64,000 nucleotides of DNA from contig JASEGU010000004.1 in the NCBI GenBank assembly GCA_030017835.1, positions 6,445 through 70,444 of the forward strand, in the 5' to 3' direction. Positions 54,085 through 63,734 of this stretch are shown piece after piece. The first letter of the stretch is position 1. Each line of letters opens with the position of its first letter. The stretch comes from Actinomycetota bacterium (GTDB taxonomy: Bacteria; Actinomycetota; Aquicultoria; UBA3085; Oleimmundimicrobiaceae). The position numbers were made by a program, and so were the translations under genes. Under the pieces are notes generated by a model that worked only from the letters and a program-made list of their open reading frames with translations, was not told where the DNA came from and searched no databases.

Positions 54085-55431
54085 GTGGCGATGGCCATTT
54101 TAAATGGAGGCCAAGGGTTGGAGAAAGAAAAAGACGAAAGACCCATAGAGGTCCTGGCGACCGAAACCATCGAGGCAGAAACGGCCCACCCCGAGCCGAG
54201 GGTTGGCGCCCCGGTGGCCAAGGGCCTAAGGCGCCTCTTTGCCTCGCTCCTTTCGCGCGATTTTCGCTACTTCTTTCTGGGGGCGGTCTTCTCCAACGTT
54301 GGTACCTGGGTTCAGACGGTTGCCCTCGGCTGGCTAGTCTATGAGATCACCAAGTCCTCCTTCTATCTAGGTTTCATCAACTTCATCGGGAGCCTGCCCG
54401 TCCTGATCCTTGCCCTTTTTGCCGGGGCGATCGCCGACCGTTTGAATCGCAAGCTTTTGGTCCTCTGGACGCAAGGATTTCTGATGGCCTTCGCCTTTGT
54501 GCTGGCCATCTTCACGTCGCTTAGGCTTGCGACGATCTTCAATATCGGGGTCATAAGCTTTTTTGCCGGAATCGCCATGGCTTTCAGCTTTCCGGCTTGG
54601 CAGGCTATGATCTCGGACATCGTACCCAAAAAGGATCTTTTGAACGCCATCGCCTTAAATTCGGCGCAATTCAATACGGCCCGCCTGATTGGACCATCGG
54701 TGGCCAGCCTGATTCTCTCCAGCATGGGGATTGCAGCCTGTTTCTATGCCAACGGCATAAGCTACTTGGCCGTCATCGGAGCGCTCCTAGTCATCGGGGG
54801 CAATTTTGCTCCTCACAAGGGGAACGGTGAAAAGATCCTCTCTCACGCCCTGGGCGGCATCAGATACGCCAAAGAGCACAAAGCCATAGCCATCCTGCTT
54901 TTGGCCATGGCCGTCCTGATAGTCTTCGGCATGCCGTTTGCCGTGTTGATGCCGGTCTTTGCGGCTGAGATACTTGAGGTTGGGGCCAAAGGGATGGGCT
55001 TTCTTTTGGCCGCAAACGGCTTTGGAGCCCTTGTCGGCTCCTTGAATGTGGCCTACGTCTCGTCCGGGGGCAAGAAGAATGGGCTGATCGGGCCGGCCCT
55101 CTTCATCTTCGGCCTTGCTCTGGTCGTCTTCTCCCTCTCCAAGAACTATGCCCTCTCTCTTTTGATGATGGTCATCTCGGGGGCCGCCTTTTCGACCGTC
55201 GCCTCCTCGATAAATAACGCTCTGCAATCTGGCGTGCCCAACGAGGTGAGGGGCAGGGTCATGGGCATCTTCGTCTGGATATTCTTAGGCCTCATGCCGG
55301 TCGGAAGCCTCATTTTCGGCTCGGTGGCCGAAGTCATCGGCGCGCCCCTTGCGGTATTGATCGGGGCCATCTCCTGCATAATTATGGCGGCAGCCCTCAT
55401 CGTAAGGCCCGCCTTGATCATCGAGGCTTAG
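54085..55431 (+). CDS. MFS transporter (EntS/MFS_3-like)
   Basis: 12 TM helices, with the MFS motif GAIADRLNRK after TM2. Confidence 0.8.
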   Translation: MAMAILNGGQGLEKEKDERPIEVLATETIEAETAHPEPRVGAPVAKGLRRLFASLLSRDFRYFFLGAVFSNVGTWVQTVALGWLVYEITKSSFYLGFINFIGSLPVLILALFAGAIADRLNRKLLVLWTQGFLMAFAFVLAIFTSLRLATIFNIGVISFFAGIAMAFSFPAWQAMISDIVPKKDLLNAIALNSAQFNTARLIGPSVASLILSSMGIAACFYANGISYLAVIGALLVIGGNFAPHKGNGEKILSHALGGIRYAKEHKAIAILLLAMAVLIVFGMPFAVLMPVFAAEILEVGAKGMGFLLAANGFGALVGSLNVAYVSSGGKKNGLIGPALFIFGLALVVFSLSKNYALSLLMMVISGAAFSTVASSINNALQSGVPNEVRGRVMGIFVWIFLGLMPVGSLIFGSVAEVIGAPLAVLIGAISCIIMAAALIVRPALIIEA

Positions 55432-55488
55432 AGGTAATACCCACTTTTATTGCTCTCTTTTAAAAGGTAAAATATTCCTGCCCTTTGC

Positions 55489-55576
55489 GGAGGGGTGGCT
55501 GAGCGGCTTAAAGCGGCGGTCTTGAAAACCGTTGTCGCTAACGCGACCGGGGGTTCAAATCCCTCCCCCTCCGCCA
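55489..55576 (+). tRNA. tRNA-Ser (anticodon TGA)
   Basis: GGAGGGGTGGCTGAGCGG…, loop CTTGAAA, long variable arm, CCA. Confidence 0.8.
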
Positions 55577-55697
55577 CTAATCTTTCTGGGACAAGCCTAA
55601 GCCGCATTTCCCAAGTCCCACGGTGCTCCGGTTTGACAAAAACCAAAAATGCTAATAAATTATTGGCATATGCTATTTATTATCGAAAGGGCTCAAA

Positions 55698-56105
55698 TTG
55701 GTAAGACCGGTCAAGTGCAGAAGGGTCTCCTTCGCTCCGGATCACCGTTATTTCAAGCCGGCCGGCGTCCCCTTAAGCGAGCTTGCCGAAACTGTACTCA
55801 GCCTAGATGAGCTCGAGGCGGTCCGCTTGGCCGACCTGGAAGGGCTTTATCAAGAAGAGGCTGCAAAGAGGATGAACGTCTCGAGACAGACCTTTGGCAA
55901 CATCCTCTCTTCGGCCAGGAGAAAGATCGCCGAATCTTTGGTTGAGGGCAAGGCATTAAAGATCGAAGGGGGCCAGGTTCACCTGGCTGCAAAGAGAATC
56001 TTTACCTGTCATGACTGCGGCCACAGATGGGGCCCATGCTTTGGAGAGCGGCGGCCGCTCGGATGCGAGGTCTGTCAAGGCAAAAATATATACCGCTCAA
56101 AATGA
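55698..56105 (+). CDS. DUF134-family putative DNA-binding protein with C-terminal Cys4 zinc ribbon
   Basis: MVRPVKCRRVSFAPDHRYFKPAGVP…LDELEAVRLADLEGLYQEEAAKRMNVSRQTF is the DUF134/sigma-70 region-4-like HTH. The C-terminus carries CHDCGH…CEVC. Confidence 0.65.
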   Translation: MVRPVKCRRVSFAPDHRYFKPAGVPLSELAETVLSLDELEAVRLADLEGLYQEEAAKRMNVSRQTFGNILSSARRKIAESLVEGKALKIEGGQVHLAAKRIFTCHDCGHRWGPCFGERRPLGCEVCQGKNIYRSK

Positions 56106-56165
56106 CCGGCCTAAGCCTCTTGTCAAAACCGGTAAGGTCGGACAAAAACCTGAAAGGAGAGAGAG

Positions 56166-56540
56166 ATGAGAATATGTATCCCAACCAAAAACGATGAGGG
56201 CCTAGCCTCGATAGTCTATGGTCACTTCGGGAGCGCCCCCTACTTTTTGGTCTACGATACGGAGACTTCCAAGATGGAGGCGATAAACAACTCCGACCAA
56301 GGCCACGAGCACGGCAGGTGCAAGCCTTTGGCCTCTTTTGTTAACCATCCGATAGATGCCGTGGTAACCGGAGGAATCGGTCTTAGGGCTATGGAACGTT
56401 TAAGCCAAGGCGGCGTCAAGGTCTATCGCATGGTCAGTGAGCCCACCGTTTTAGAGGTGATTGAGAAGTATCGCCAGGGCTTATTGGAAGAGATAGCCCT
56501 AGATGATGCCTGCTCCCACGATCACGACTGCAATCATTAG
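56166..56540 (+). CDS. NifX/NafY/NifB-C-terminal-like dinitrogenase cofactor-binding domain protein
   Basis: MRICIPTKNDEGLASIVYGHFGSAPYFLVYDTET…AVVTGGIGLRAMERLSQGGVKVY matches the PF02579 pattern. Confidence 0.7.
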   Translation: MRICIPTKNDEGLASIVYGHFGSAPYFLVYDTETSKMEAINNSDQGHEHGRCKPLASFVNHPIDAVVTGGIGLRAMERLSQGGVKVYRMVSEPTVLEVIEKYRQGLLEEIALDDACSHDHDCNH

Positions 56541-56627
56541 TTACGCCAACAGGGGCAAAACTTAAAACGCTATTTTTACTCTAAGACTGGAAAATGTGAC
56601 CCATCCGAGGTAAACTGTATATCGCTC

Positions 56628-56721
56628 GGAGAGGTCGCATAGTCGGTCTAGTGCGGCCGCCTGCTAAGCGGCTTGGGGGTTATAAGCTCCCTCGAGGGTT
56701 CGAATCCCTCCCTCTCCGCCA
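56628..56721 (+). tRNA. tRNA-Ser (anticodon GCT)
   Basis: Acceptor GGAGAGG/CCTCTCC, loop CTGCTAA, long variable arm, CCA. Confidence 0.75.
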
Positions 56722-56766
56722 TCTTGCTTTTATCGGCTTAAGCCTTGCCGATCAGTATTTATAGAT

Positions 56767-56843
56767 GCGCCTGTGGCTCAATCGGATAGAGCATTGGACT
56801 ACGAATCCAAAGGTTGCAGGTTCGAATCCTGCCAGGCGCGCCA
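56767..56843 (+). tRNA. tRNA-Arg (anticodon ACG)
   Basis: GCGCCTGTGGCTCAATCGGATAGAGC, loop CTACGAA, T-loop TTCGAAT, CCA. Confidence 0.85.
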
Positions 56844-56904
56844 TTACATCATCGGATGAGACTTAAGGGGTCTCATCTTTTTGGTTTTTGGGGAGGAAAG
56901 TTCG

Positions 56905-57351
56905 GTGACTGACGAGGATTTCATGCGGGTTGCGATAGGGCAAGCGCAAATGGCGGCCGCCTCTGGCGACGTTCCGGCCGGAGCGGTGATTGTCCTGGGT
57001 GATGAAATCATCGCGAAAGCCCATAACGAGCGGGAGAAGAGGAACGATCCGACGGCCCATGCGGAGGTTTTAGCCATAAAGGCGGCCGCCGAAAAACTTG
57101 GCCGCTGGCGCCTTACCGGCTGCAAGATCTATGTGACCAAAGAGCCCTGTCCGATGTGCGCCGGAGCCATCTACCAGGCCAGGCTCGACGAGCTCATCTT
57201 CGGAGTCCAGGACGCCAAGGCCGGGGCGGCCGGCTCGCTCTTTAACATCACGGGTGATCCTCGCCTAAACCACCGGGTCAAAGTGAAGAGCGGCGTCTTA
57301 AAAGAGGAATGCAGGGCCCTCATACAAGATTTCTTCAAAGCAAGAAGATAA
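56905..57351 (+). CDS. tadA: tRNA-specific adenosine(34) deaminase
   Basis: CDA fold with HAEVLAI and PCPMCAGA zinc ligands. The GTG at 56905 lies 8 nt after GGAGG. Confidence 0.85.
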   Translation: MTDEDFMRVAIGQAQMAAASGDVPAGAVIVLGDEIIAKAHNEREKRNDPTAHAEVLAIKAAAEKLGRWRLTGCKIYVTKEPCPMCAGAIYQARLDELIFGVQDAKAGAAGSLFNITGDPRLNHRVKVKSGVLKEECRALIQDFFKARR

Positions 57352-57401
57352 ATCATCTTGCTTGAGGACGGGCAAAGGTTGTAACCTTATAGGGCGAAAA
57401 C

Positions 57402-57494
57402 GGAGGGGTGGCTGAGTGGCCGAAGGCGGCGCTCTCGAAAAGCGTTAAGCTCCTAATCCGAGCTTCGAGGGTTCAAATCCCTCCCCCTCCGCCA
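57402..57494 (+). tRNA. tRNA-Ser (anticodon CGA)
   Basis: GGAGGGGTGGCTGAGTGGCCGAAGGC, loop CTCGAAA, long variable arm, CCA. Confidence 0.8.
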
Positions 57495-57598
57495 GCTTTG
57501 TTTCTTCCGCTCCGTGATTCTAAGAGCTTCTCCAGCTTTGCAAACTATAAAATGGACAGTAATTCTTCCGACGCCAATGCATACAGGAAAATATAATT

Positions 57599-57979
57599 AT
57601 GAAGGACCAAATACTCTTATATCGTGAAATGTGTGATGCAGAAAAAGTTCAAACCCTACAAAGGGGAATGAATTATCGATTAAATACAAAGTGCTCGGTG
57701 ATCTTAATGTCTCAACGCTCTAACGCACCATATAATGACAAAATACATGATGATGGAATTACCATTGAATATGAAGGCCATGACATCCCGAGAACAAAAT
57801 ACGAAATGAATCCGAAGGAGTATGATCAGCCATATGTAACGATAACCGGGCGACTTACACAAAACGGGCTTTTTGCCAAAGCCGCAGAAGATTATGAGAA
57901 CAAGAGACGCGAAGCAGAAATTGTCAAGGTTTGTGTAAAAAATCCTTTTGGGCGCATGGTCAGAAAAAGGATTTTTTAG
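57599..57979 (+). CDS. hypothetical protein in AT-rich islet (possibly the N-terminal domain of a disrupted HNH nuclease)
   Basis: 126 aa, low-GC codon usage unlike the flanks. The 3' end overlaps the next frame at an A5/T6 run. Confidence 0.35.
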   Translation: MKDQILLYREMCDAEKVQTLQRGMNYRLNTKCSVILMSQRSNAPYNDKIHDDGITIEYEGHDIPRTKYEMNPKEYDQPYVTITGRLTQNGLFAKAAEDYENKRREAEIVKVCVKNPFGRMVRKRIF

Positions 57980-58304
57980 GCTTGTAGACTTTTGCTACAC
58001 AAGCGATGGGAAGAGAAGAGTTTTTCGTTTTGTGCTCGAAGAGACAATAGTTAATTTTGAAAATAAGAACTCCAAAGAGGATAGATTAAAGCCCAGAACA
58101 AGGGTTATCCCAACGCAAATAAAGAAGATCGTTTAGGAGAGGGATAATGGTAGGTGTGTTATATGTGGGGCAAGGGACGAGCTCCACTTTGATCACGACC
58201 TTACTTACTCAAGGGGCGGAACCAGCATTTCGCCAAAGAACGTTAGAATTCTTTGCGCAAGACATAACTTATCTAAATCAGCAAAGATTGAATGGTCTTC
58301 ATAA
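57948..58304 (+). pseudogene. HNH endonuclease remnant (frameshift at 57965-57975 plus in-frame TAG at 58134)
   Basis: After the TAG, the same frame encodes RCVICGARDELHFDHDLTYSRGGTSISPKNVRILCARHNLSK, which is an HNH motif (C-x2-C … HFDH … N … C-x2-H-N). Confidence 0.6.
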
Positions 58305-58454
58305 AATCTATTTGTATCCAACGCGGACATAAATTTTTTGCCTATCCCTTAAGCTTTCTCTCAGCTTTCCTTGCTATCCTAAGCCACACAACAACCTTGA
58401 TGGTAAAATGTTTATGCAAGCCTTTTGCCATCCAAAAACTTGGAGGTGTTAACG

Positions 58455-58741
58455 ATGGCACGGGACAAATGTAAGACCAACATCGTAGTCGATATCGCTT
58501 CAGCGGTCGCCTTCCTTCTCTCCTTGGTCTCGGGGATGGTCCTCTGGCTGGTCCTTCCTTCGGGCTCGGGCTTTCAGGGGGGCGCGGGAGCGGCGGGGCC
58601 GCCTATCTTCTTGGACTCGGCAGACACGACTGGCTGGCCATCCACATAGTTTTTAGCGTGGCCTTGGCGCTTTTGGTCGGATATCACCTGATCCTTCACT
58701 GGTGTTGGATCAAGAGGATTCCGGCTATGATGGAGAAGTAA
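58455..58741 (+). pseudogene. DUF4405-family small membrane protein with frameshift at a G7 run (about 58577-58583)
   Basis: MARDKCKTNIVVDIASAVAFLLSLVSGMVLWLVLPSG… in frame 1, and …RHDWLAIHIVFSVALALLVGYHLILHWCWIKRIPAMMEK in frame 2. Confidence 0.5.
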
Positions 58742-58759
58742 ACGATCAAAGGAGGCTAA

Positions 58760-58969
58760 ATGGGCATATTCGGATGGGCAAACGAGAGGGCAAAGCTTTT
58801 CGGCAACTTGCTCGACATAAAGCTTCTGGCCTTTACCGCCTTCATGCTCGGGCTTATCTTGGCCAAACCCTTTCCAGTCATATTGAGCCTGGATATCTGG
58901 TGGTATCTGATCATCTTCATCATGATTTCAGCTCGCACCTATTACGTGATGTTCTTCAAAAAGCTATGA
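58760..58969 (+). CDS. hypothetical small membrane protein
   Basis: 69 aa with two hydrophobic helices. Confidence 0.3.
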   Translation: MGIFGWANERAKLFGNLLDIKLLAFTAFMLGLILAKPFPVILSLDIWWYLIIFIMISARTYYVMFFKKL

Positions 58970-59035
58970 TGGTAATTGGGTCAGGCTTAGCCTAAGCGGG
59001 CAGGCTTCTGTCGGAATCTTAAGGGGGGTTGATTT

Positions 59036-59739
59036 ATGGATAAAGCCGGTAAATTAAAGCTCTTTTCGATTCTAAATTTTTGTATCTATTTTGCCATGGT
59101 TTATGTAAATTACCTGGCCGTAGCTCTGCCTCTGGGCGGCCGGGCGACCCTAGAGCTCTCCGATAAATACCCGAGCCTCTTTACGCCGGCCTTACCTTCT
59201 CCATCTGGGGTCTTATGTATACCCCTCTTCTGATCTTCGTCATTTACGGCCTCAAGGAGGCCCTTGGGGGCGGTCAGGAAACTGACTTCTTGGCCAAAAT
59301 CGGACCCCTCTTCATCGTATCGTCGCTTGCCAACGTCTCCTGGATCTTCGCTTGGCACTTTGAGAAGGTCGCCCTTTCGCTTCTCATCATGCTCGTCATC
59401 CTCGCAAGCCTGATCGTAATCTACCTGCGCCTTGGCACGGGAGCTTCTCAACCGTCAAAAGGAGAGGCCCTCTTCGTTCGACCCGCATTTAGTATCTATC
59501 TGGGTTGGATATCGGTTGCCACCATCGCCAACGTATCGGTCCTCCTCTTGAGCTTGGGCTGGAATGGATTTGGCATAAGCGCTGAATCCTGGACGGTCCT
59601 CATGATCGCTGCCGCCACCATCCTTGGATTGCTAGCCGTTAAGCTAAAGGGGGATATCTTCTATGCCCTGGCGATATATGCTGGGCGCTCCTTGGGACCA
59701 TCATCAAGAGGCTTTCGGTGGGGCCCTCTCCCATCATGA
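59036..59739 (+). pseudogene. polytopic membrane protein split by a frameshift near 59160-59175
   Basis: Frame A reads …GGRATLELSDKYPSLFTPA and frame B reads …LYAGLTFSIWGLMYTPLLIFVIYGL… Both halves are hydrophobic and read as one protein of about 235 aa. Confidence 0.4.
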
Positions 59740-59817
59740 GCATAGCCTTTACCGCCGGGGCGGGACTGGCAATCATTTTGCTCTTTGCTACCTATAAGAT
59801 GTTTTTAAAAGGGGATA

Positions 59818-60399
59818 ATGGCTCATAAATTCGATCCCAAAAAGATGCATAAGCTCGACTCGGCCGAGAGGAGGAGGCTTCCTCCAAAGGAGACCCTCTT
59901 AAAGCTCGGCCTGCGCGAGGGAGACGCTGTGGCCGATATCGGAGCCGGTATCGGCTTCTTCTCATTTGCGGCAGCCGAGATAGTCGGCAAAGCGGGCCAC
60001 GTTGCGGCCTTCGATATCTCGCCCGAGATGATAGATGAACTTAAGGTTCGAATCGAGAAGGCAAAAACCCAAAACGTCTCAGCCATCCTTTCAAAAGAGT
60101 ACTCCTTCCCGGCCGAAAAGGGGACCTTCGACTTCGCGCTCATGGCCAACGTCCTTCACGAGGCCCAAGATAGAGCCCTCTTTTTGAAAGAGGCGGCGGC
60201 CCTTTTGAAGGCGGGCGGAAAACTTGCCATTATAGAGTGGAAGAAGAACACCTTAACTGCTCTGGTCGGGCCGCCGCTGGGCGAACGCTTGACCGAGGCC
60301 GAAGTTTTGGCATTGCTTATCGAATTAAACTTTGCAGACATCAGCGCCATCGACCTCTCAAGCAACCATTTTGCGCTAACGGCCGTGAAATCTCATTGA
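59818..60399 (+). CDS. class I SAM-dependent methyltransferase
   Basis: Motif I DIGAGIGFFSFAAA, post-I acidic residue (AAFDIS), motif II/III. Confidence 0.75.
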   Translation: MAHKFDPKKMHKLDSAERRRLPPKETLLKLGLREGDAVADIGAGIGFFSFAAAEIVGKAGHVAAFDISPEMIDELKVRIEKAKTQNVSAILSKEYSFPAEKGTFDFALMANVLHEAQDRALFLKEAAALLKAGGKLAIIEWKKNTLTALVGPPLGERLTEAEVLALLIELNFADISAIDLSSNHFALTAVKSH

Positions 60400-60453
60400 T
60401 CATTTAATTCCCTCTCCAGCAAAAGATTAAATATTCTCATGACAAAGATTTGT

Positions 60454-60480
60454 AATAATTATTGATTAATAGCGATTATT
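60454..60480. promoter_or_regulatory. AT-rich imperfect palindrome; candidate Fur/PerR-type operator upstream of the fur-family gene
   Basis: TAATAATTATTGATTAATAGCGATTATT lies 30-60 nt upstream of the 60512 start. Confidence 0.25.
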
Positions 60481-60511
60481 TGCTAAGGTTATTTGAACCC
60501 AAGGAGGCGAC

Positions 60512-60922
60512 TTGATAGCCGAAGAGAAGATAGAAAAGCTGAAAGAAGAGGGTCGCGTCCCAACCATCCAACGCCTGGCTGTGCTCGAGTTCATGGAGGG
60601 CAACTTAGGTCATCCCACCGTGGAAGAGGTATATAGGGGTCTTAAGGACAGATATCCCTCCCTCTCACAGGCCACCGTCTATTCTACCCTGGAACTCCTT
60701 CGAGATCTCGGTCTCTTGCGTGAGCTGACCATTCTGCGCTCCAAGGTCTGCTACGATTCGATAATCGAAGCTCACCATCATTTTTCTTGCAAGGCTTGCG
60801 GGCGCGTCTTTGACGTCGCTGTCGATTGCGCTATTCCCAAAAAGGATCTGATTCAAGGCAACAAGGTCGATGAATTCCAGGCTTATATCTACGGCACTTG
60901 CTCAAATTGTTTAGAAGGGTGA
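60512..60922 (+). CDS. fur: Fur-family metalloregulator (Fur/PerR/Zur/Nur-type)
   Basis: wHTH N-terminus, HHHF metal site and two CxxC pairs (CKAC…CSNC). Confidence 0.8.
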   Translation: MIAEEKIEKLKEEGRVPTIQRLAVLEFMEGNLGHPTVEEVYRGLKDRYPSLSQATVYSTLELLRDLGLLRELTILRSKVCYDSIIEAHHHFSCKACGRVFDVAVDCAIPKKDLIQGNKVDEFQAYIYGTCSNCLEG

Positions 60923-60978
60923 TTTTGAGAAGAAGATAAAGTTTTACAAAAATCGGTCAATCAACAACGGAGGAGTCA

Positions 60979-61629
60979 ATGAAAGAGATCTGCATCGAAC
61001 AAGCTAAGAGAAAAAGCATTCAAAGCCATGCGTGGCTACTTCTTCCCCTGATAGTCTTTGGCGGGCTTAAGTGGCCATATTTGGGCTTTGGGGTCCTTGC
61101 CATGATGGGCTTTTTCCTCGTCATGGCGGCGATCAAAGGGAGGCACTGGTGCGGCTGGTTCTGTCCGCGCGGCTCATTTCTCGAGCGCATACTGGAGAGG
61201 GTGAGCTTAAATGGGAGAGTGCCCGCGCTGCTCAAAACGGCCCCCTTTCGCTGGAGCGTATTTGCTCTCATGATGAGCTTTATGTCGTTTCGTCTGATTG
61301 GGACGGGCGGAAACCCGGTTAAGATCGGCTCGGTCTTCATAACCATGTGTATCATCACCAGCATATTGGCGATAGGGCTAGGCCTCATCTTCAAGCCGAG
61401 GTCCTGGTGCAGCTTCTGTCCGATGGGAACCCTTCAAGGGGTCTTGGGCGCAAGCAAGAATCTGGTCTCGATAGGTGAGGATTGTATCGACTGCGGCGCG
61501 TGCGGGCGGGTTTGTCCGATAGGTACGGTCGCCATGGATTTCAAGGATAGCGGCCGCGTCGCCAGCATCGATTGCTTGCGCTGCAGAGAATGTTTGGCCA
61601 AGTGCCCGGTCGGCGCCCTTGATTGTTAA
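60979..61629 (+). CDS. NapH/MauN-like membrane-bound 4Fe-4S ferredoxin
   Basis: TM helices carry the CGWFCPRG and CSFCPMG motifs. The C-terminus has two ferredoxin motifs, CIDCGACGRVCP and CLRCRECLAKCP. Confidence 0.7.
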   Translation: MKEICIEQAKRKSIQSHAWLLLPLIVFGGLKWPYLGFGVLAMMGFFLVMAAIKGRHWCGWFCPRGSFLERILERVSLNGRVPALLKTAPFRWSVFALMMSFMSFRLIGTGGNPVKIGSVFITMCIITSILAIGLGLIFKPRSWCSFCPMGTLQGVLGASKNLVSIGEDCIDCGACGRVCPIGTVAMDFKDSGRVASIDCLRCRECLAKCPVGALDC

Positions 61630-61650
61630 TCTAAAGAACGGGGAGCACGC

Positions 61651-62469
61651 ATGAAGCTGGTGATATATGGCAAGGGCGGAATCGGCAAGTCCACGACGAC
61701 CTCGAATTTGGCCGTCGCCTTTGCCAGGCGCAAAAAGAGCGTTCTGCAGATAGGCTGCGATCCCAAACACGACTCCACCTTTCCGATAGCTCACAGTCTG
61801 ATACCGACCGCAACCGAGGTCCTAGCCGAGAAAGATTTCAACTACGATGAGGTCGACAAGGACGACATCATCTTCACCGGTTATGAAGGGATAGCCTGCG
61901 TCGAGGCGGGCGGTCCGGCGGCCGGGGTCGGTTGCGCGGGATATGTGGTCGGAGAGACGATTGGGCTCCTTAGCGATCTTGGCGCTCTGACCGCCTACGA
62001 TATAATCCTCTTTGATGTCCTTGGCGACGTCGTCTGCGGCGGCTTCTCGGTGCCGCTTCAACATGCAGATTACGCGGTAATCGTTGCGACTAACGATTTC
62101 GATAGCCTCTTTGCGGCCAACCGGATCGCCGCCGCCGTGGCTCAGAAGGGCAAGTCCTATCCGGTAAAATTTGCCGGCATGATCGCAAACCGCTGCAGCA
62201 AGAAAGATCTCATCGATGCTCTTTCGGCTAGGCTCGACTCCAAGACGATAGGCCTTATCGAAGAGAACTCCTCAATCCGTACCTCTCGTCTCGGCGGCAA
62301 GACCATCTTCGAAGCGGCCGAGAGCGACCCTGCCCTTGTGGCGCTTACCATGCCCTACATAGAGATAGCCGATTATCTGCTCTCAAACCCTGCCGCCCAA
62401 GAGACCCTGCCCCTCTCAGACCGCGAGGTATTTTCCCTCCTTACCGAGATTGAGTCCGCGGCCAAATGA
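61651..62469 (+). CDS. bchL: BchL/ChlL-like ATP-dependent reductase (NifH-family; DPOR L-subunit-like)
   Basis: [16 protein letters not shown]…[12 protein letters not shown]…[20 protein letters not shown]…[12 protein letters not shown]…LFAANRIAA…DREVFSLL. Both 4Fe-4S Cys ligands are present, and there is near-motif-identity to ChlL/BchL. Confidence 0.8.
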   Translation: MKLVIYGKGGIGKSTTTSNLAVAFARRKKSVLQIGCDPKHDSTFPIAHSLIPTATEVLAEKDFNYDEVDKDDIIFTGYEGIACVEAGGPAAGVGCAGYVVGETIGLLSDLGALTAYDIILFDVLGDVVCGGFSVPLQHADYAVIVATNDFDSLFAANRIAAAVAQKGKSYPVKFAGMIANRCSKKDLIDALSARLDSKTIGLIEENSSIRTSRLGGKTIFEAAESDPALVALTMPYIEIADYLLSNPAAQETLPLSDREVFSLLTEIESAAK

Positions 62470-63734
62470 GTGAGGAGGCAAGGCTTGCCGTCTGCTACTA
62501 TTCATGGTGTCCGCTCGCCGCTATCGGCTGGTTTTCCAGAAGATTTGAAAATATTCACTTCATAAGCATCGGCATGCGCGAATGCGCTCACTTCATCCAG
62601 ATGGGGCTTTCTCGCCGAGGAGAACACGGGCTTTGCTTCTCTTTGGCCCTGCTCGAGGAGGAGGAGATCGCCACGGGTGAAATATATGAGCCGCTTTTAG
62701 AGATTGCCAAGGAGGCGGTTGGGGGTGGAGCCGAAATCATCGTCCTTATGGGCTCCTGCGCTCTTGAGATTATGAAGCTCGACCTAAAATCTCTGGTCAA
62801 GAGGCTGGGCGAGGAGCTTGGCGCAAAGGTTGTGGCCGCTCAATCTAGCGGCTTCTTCAAGGGCGAGGGGGAGGGGGAAGATATCATCATCTCGGCCCTT
62901 TTGGAGTTGATTAGTCCAAGCAGCGACGTCCAAGGTAGCCGAGGGGTTGTCCTCCTCGGTTCGGCCTCCAAGGAGACGGCGGCCGTTTTAAGGGCCGAGA
63001 TGGAGGCGCTCGGCATCTCCTTTGGCGGCTTCTTTCCCGGCAATAGCCCCTCTGATATGGCCAGGATCTCTAAAAGTTCTCTGGTTGCCCCGCTCTACCC
63101 CTATCTCTCCAAGAGCCTTCGAACGGTCAAAAATATTTTTGGAGCAACCATTTTGAGCTCGCTCTTTCCTCTGGGAGCCGACGGATCTGAGGATTTCTAC
63201 GGAGCGATCCTTCGCAAATTATCGCTGGACCCGGCCCCGCTTGCCGAAATGGCCAAGGAGGCTAGGGAGGAGGCGGGCGAGCGGGCAGCCCACCTGATGG
63301 AGAAGACGATCATGATAATTGGAAGCGGTCTTATAGAGCTGCCGCTCGCCCGCCTCTTTGCAGATCTTGGCCTAGGCGTTTTCGAGGTTAGCACGCCGAG
63401 CTTAAATGGCAGCCTTGCGGCGGAGCTTAATCGGTTGAAAGAGCTTGGGGTTGAGGTGATAGAGGGGGCCGATCTTTACGATCAGGTCAAAAGGGCCAAA
63501 GAGGCGGGGGTAGATCTGGTCTTTGCCCATCTCTCCTTGGCCAACTTCTTGAAGGAGAGCGGCTTTCTGACCGTGCCGAGCGCCGCCTATTTGCGCCTGG
63601 AGATGCTTGGTCTCGCTAACTCCAAAAATATCGTCGAGCCCGACCTCTACGGGAAACTGACCGGTCTTGCTCCCTTCTATCCCAAAGAACTCGAGAAGGA
63701 TCAGGTCATCACCATAAAGGGGCTTGGCCGATGA
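62466..63734 (+). CDS. bchN: BchN/ChlN-like subunit (nitrogenase component-1 family; DPOR N-like)
   Basis: [10 protein letters not shown]…[15 protein letters not shown]…[17 protein letters not shown] has three conserved Cys matching BchN Cys26/51/112. Translationally coupled to bchL (ATGA). Confidence 0.7.
   Translation: MSEEARLAVCYYSWCPLAAIGWFSRRFENIHFISIGMRECAHFIQMGLSRRGEHGLCFSLALLEEEEIATGEIYEPLLEIAKEAVGGGAEIIVLMGSCALEIMKLDLKSLVKRLGEELGAKVVAAQSSGFFKGEGEGEDIIISALLELISPSSDVQGSRGVVLLGSASKETAAVLRAEMEALGISFGGFFPGNSPSDMARISKSSLVAPLYPYLSKSLRTVKNIFGATILSSLFPLGADGSEDFYGAILRKLSLDPAPLAEMAKEAREEAGERAAHLMEKTIMIIGSGLIELPLARLFADLGLGVFEVSTPSLNGSLAAELNRLKELGVEVIEGADLYDQVKRAKEAGVDLVFAHLSLANFLKESGFLTVPSAAYLRLEMLGLANSKNIVEPDLYGKLTGLAPFYPKELEKDQVITIKGLGR

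Noticed and set aside
55428-55704. ORFs 55428..55646(-) and 55495..55704(+) overlapping tRNA-Ser(TGA), and similar ORFs at 56002..56184(-), 56844..57125(-) and 57408..57596(+) over the other tRNAs or tadA antisense
   Set aside because: Their translations are just tRNA sequence read as protein (for example …GFEPP…). These are spurious.
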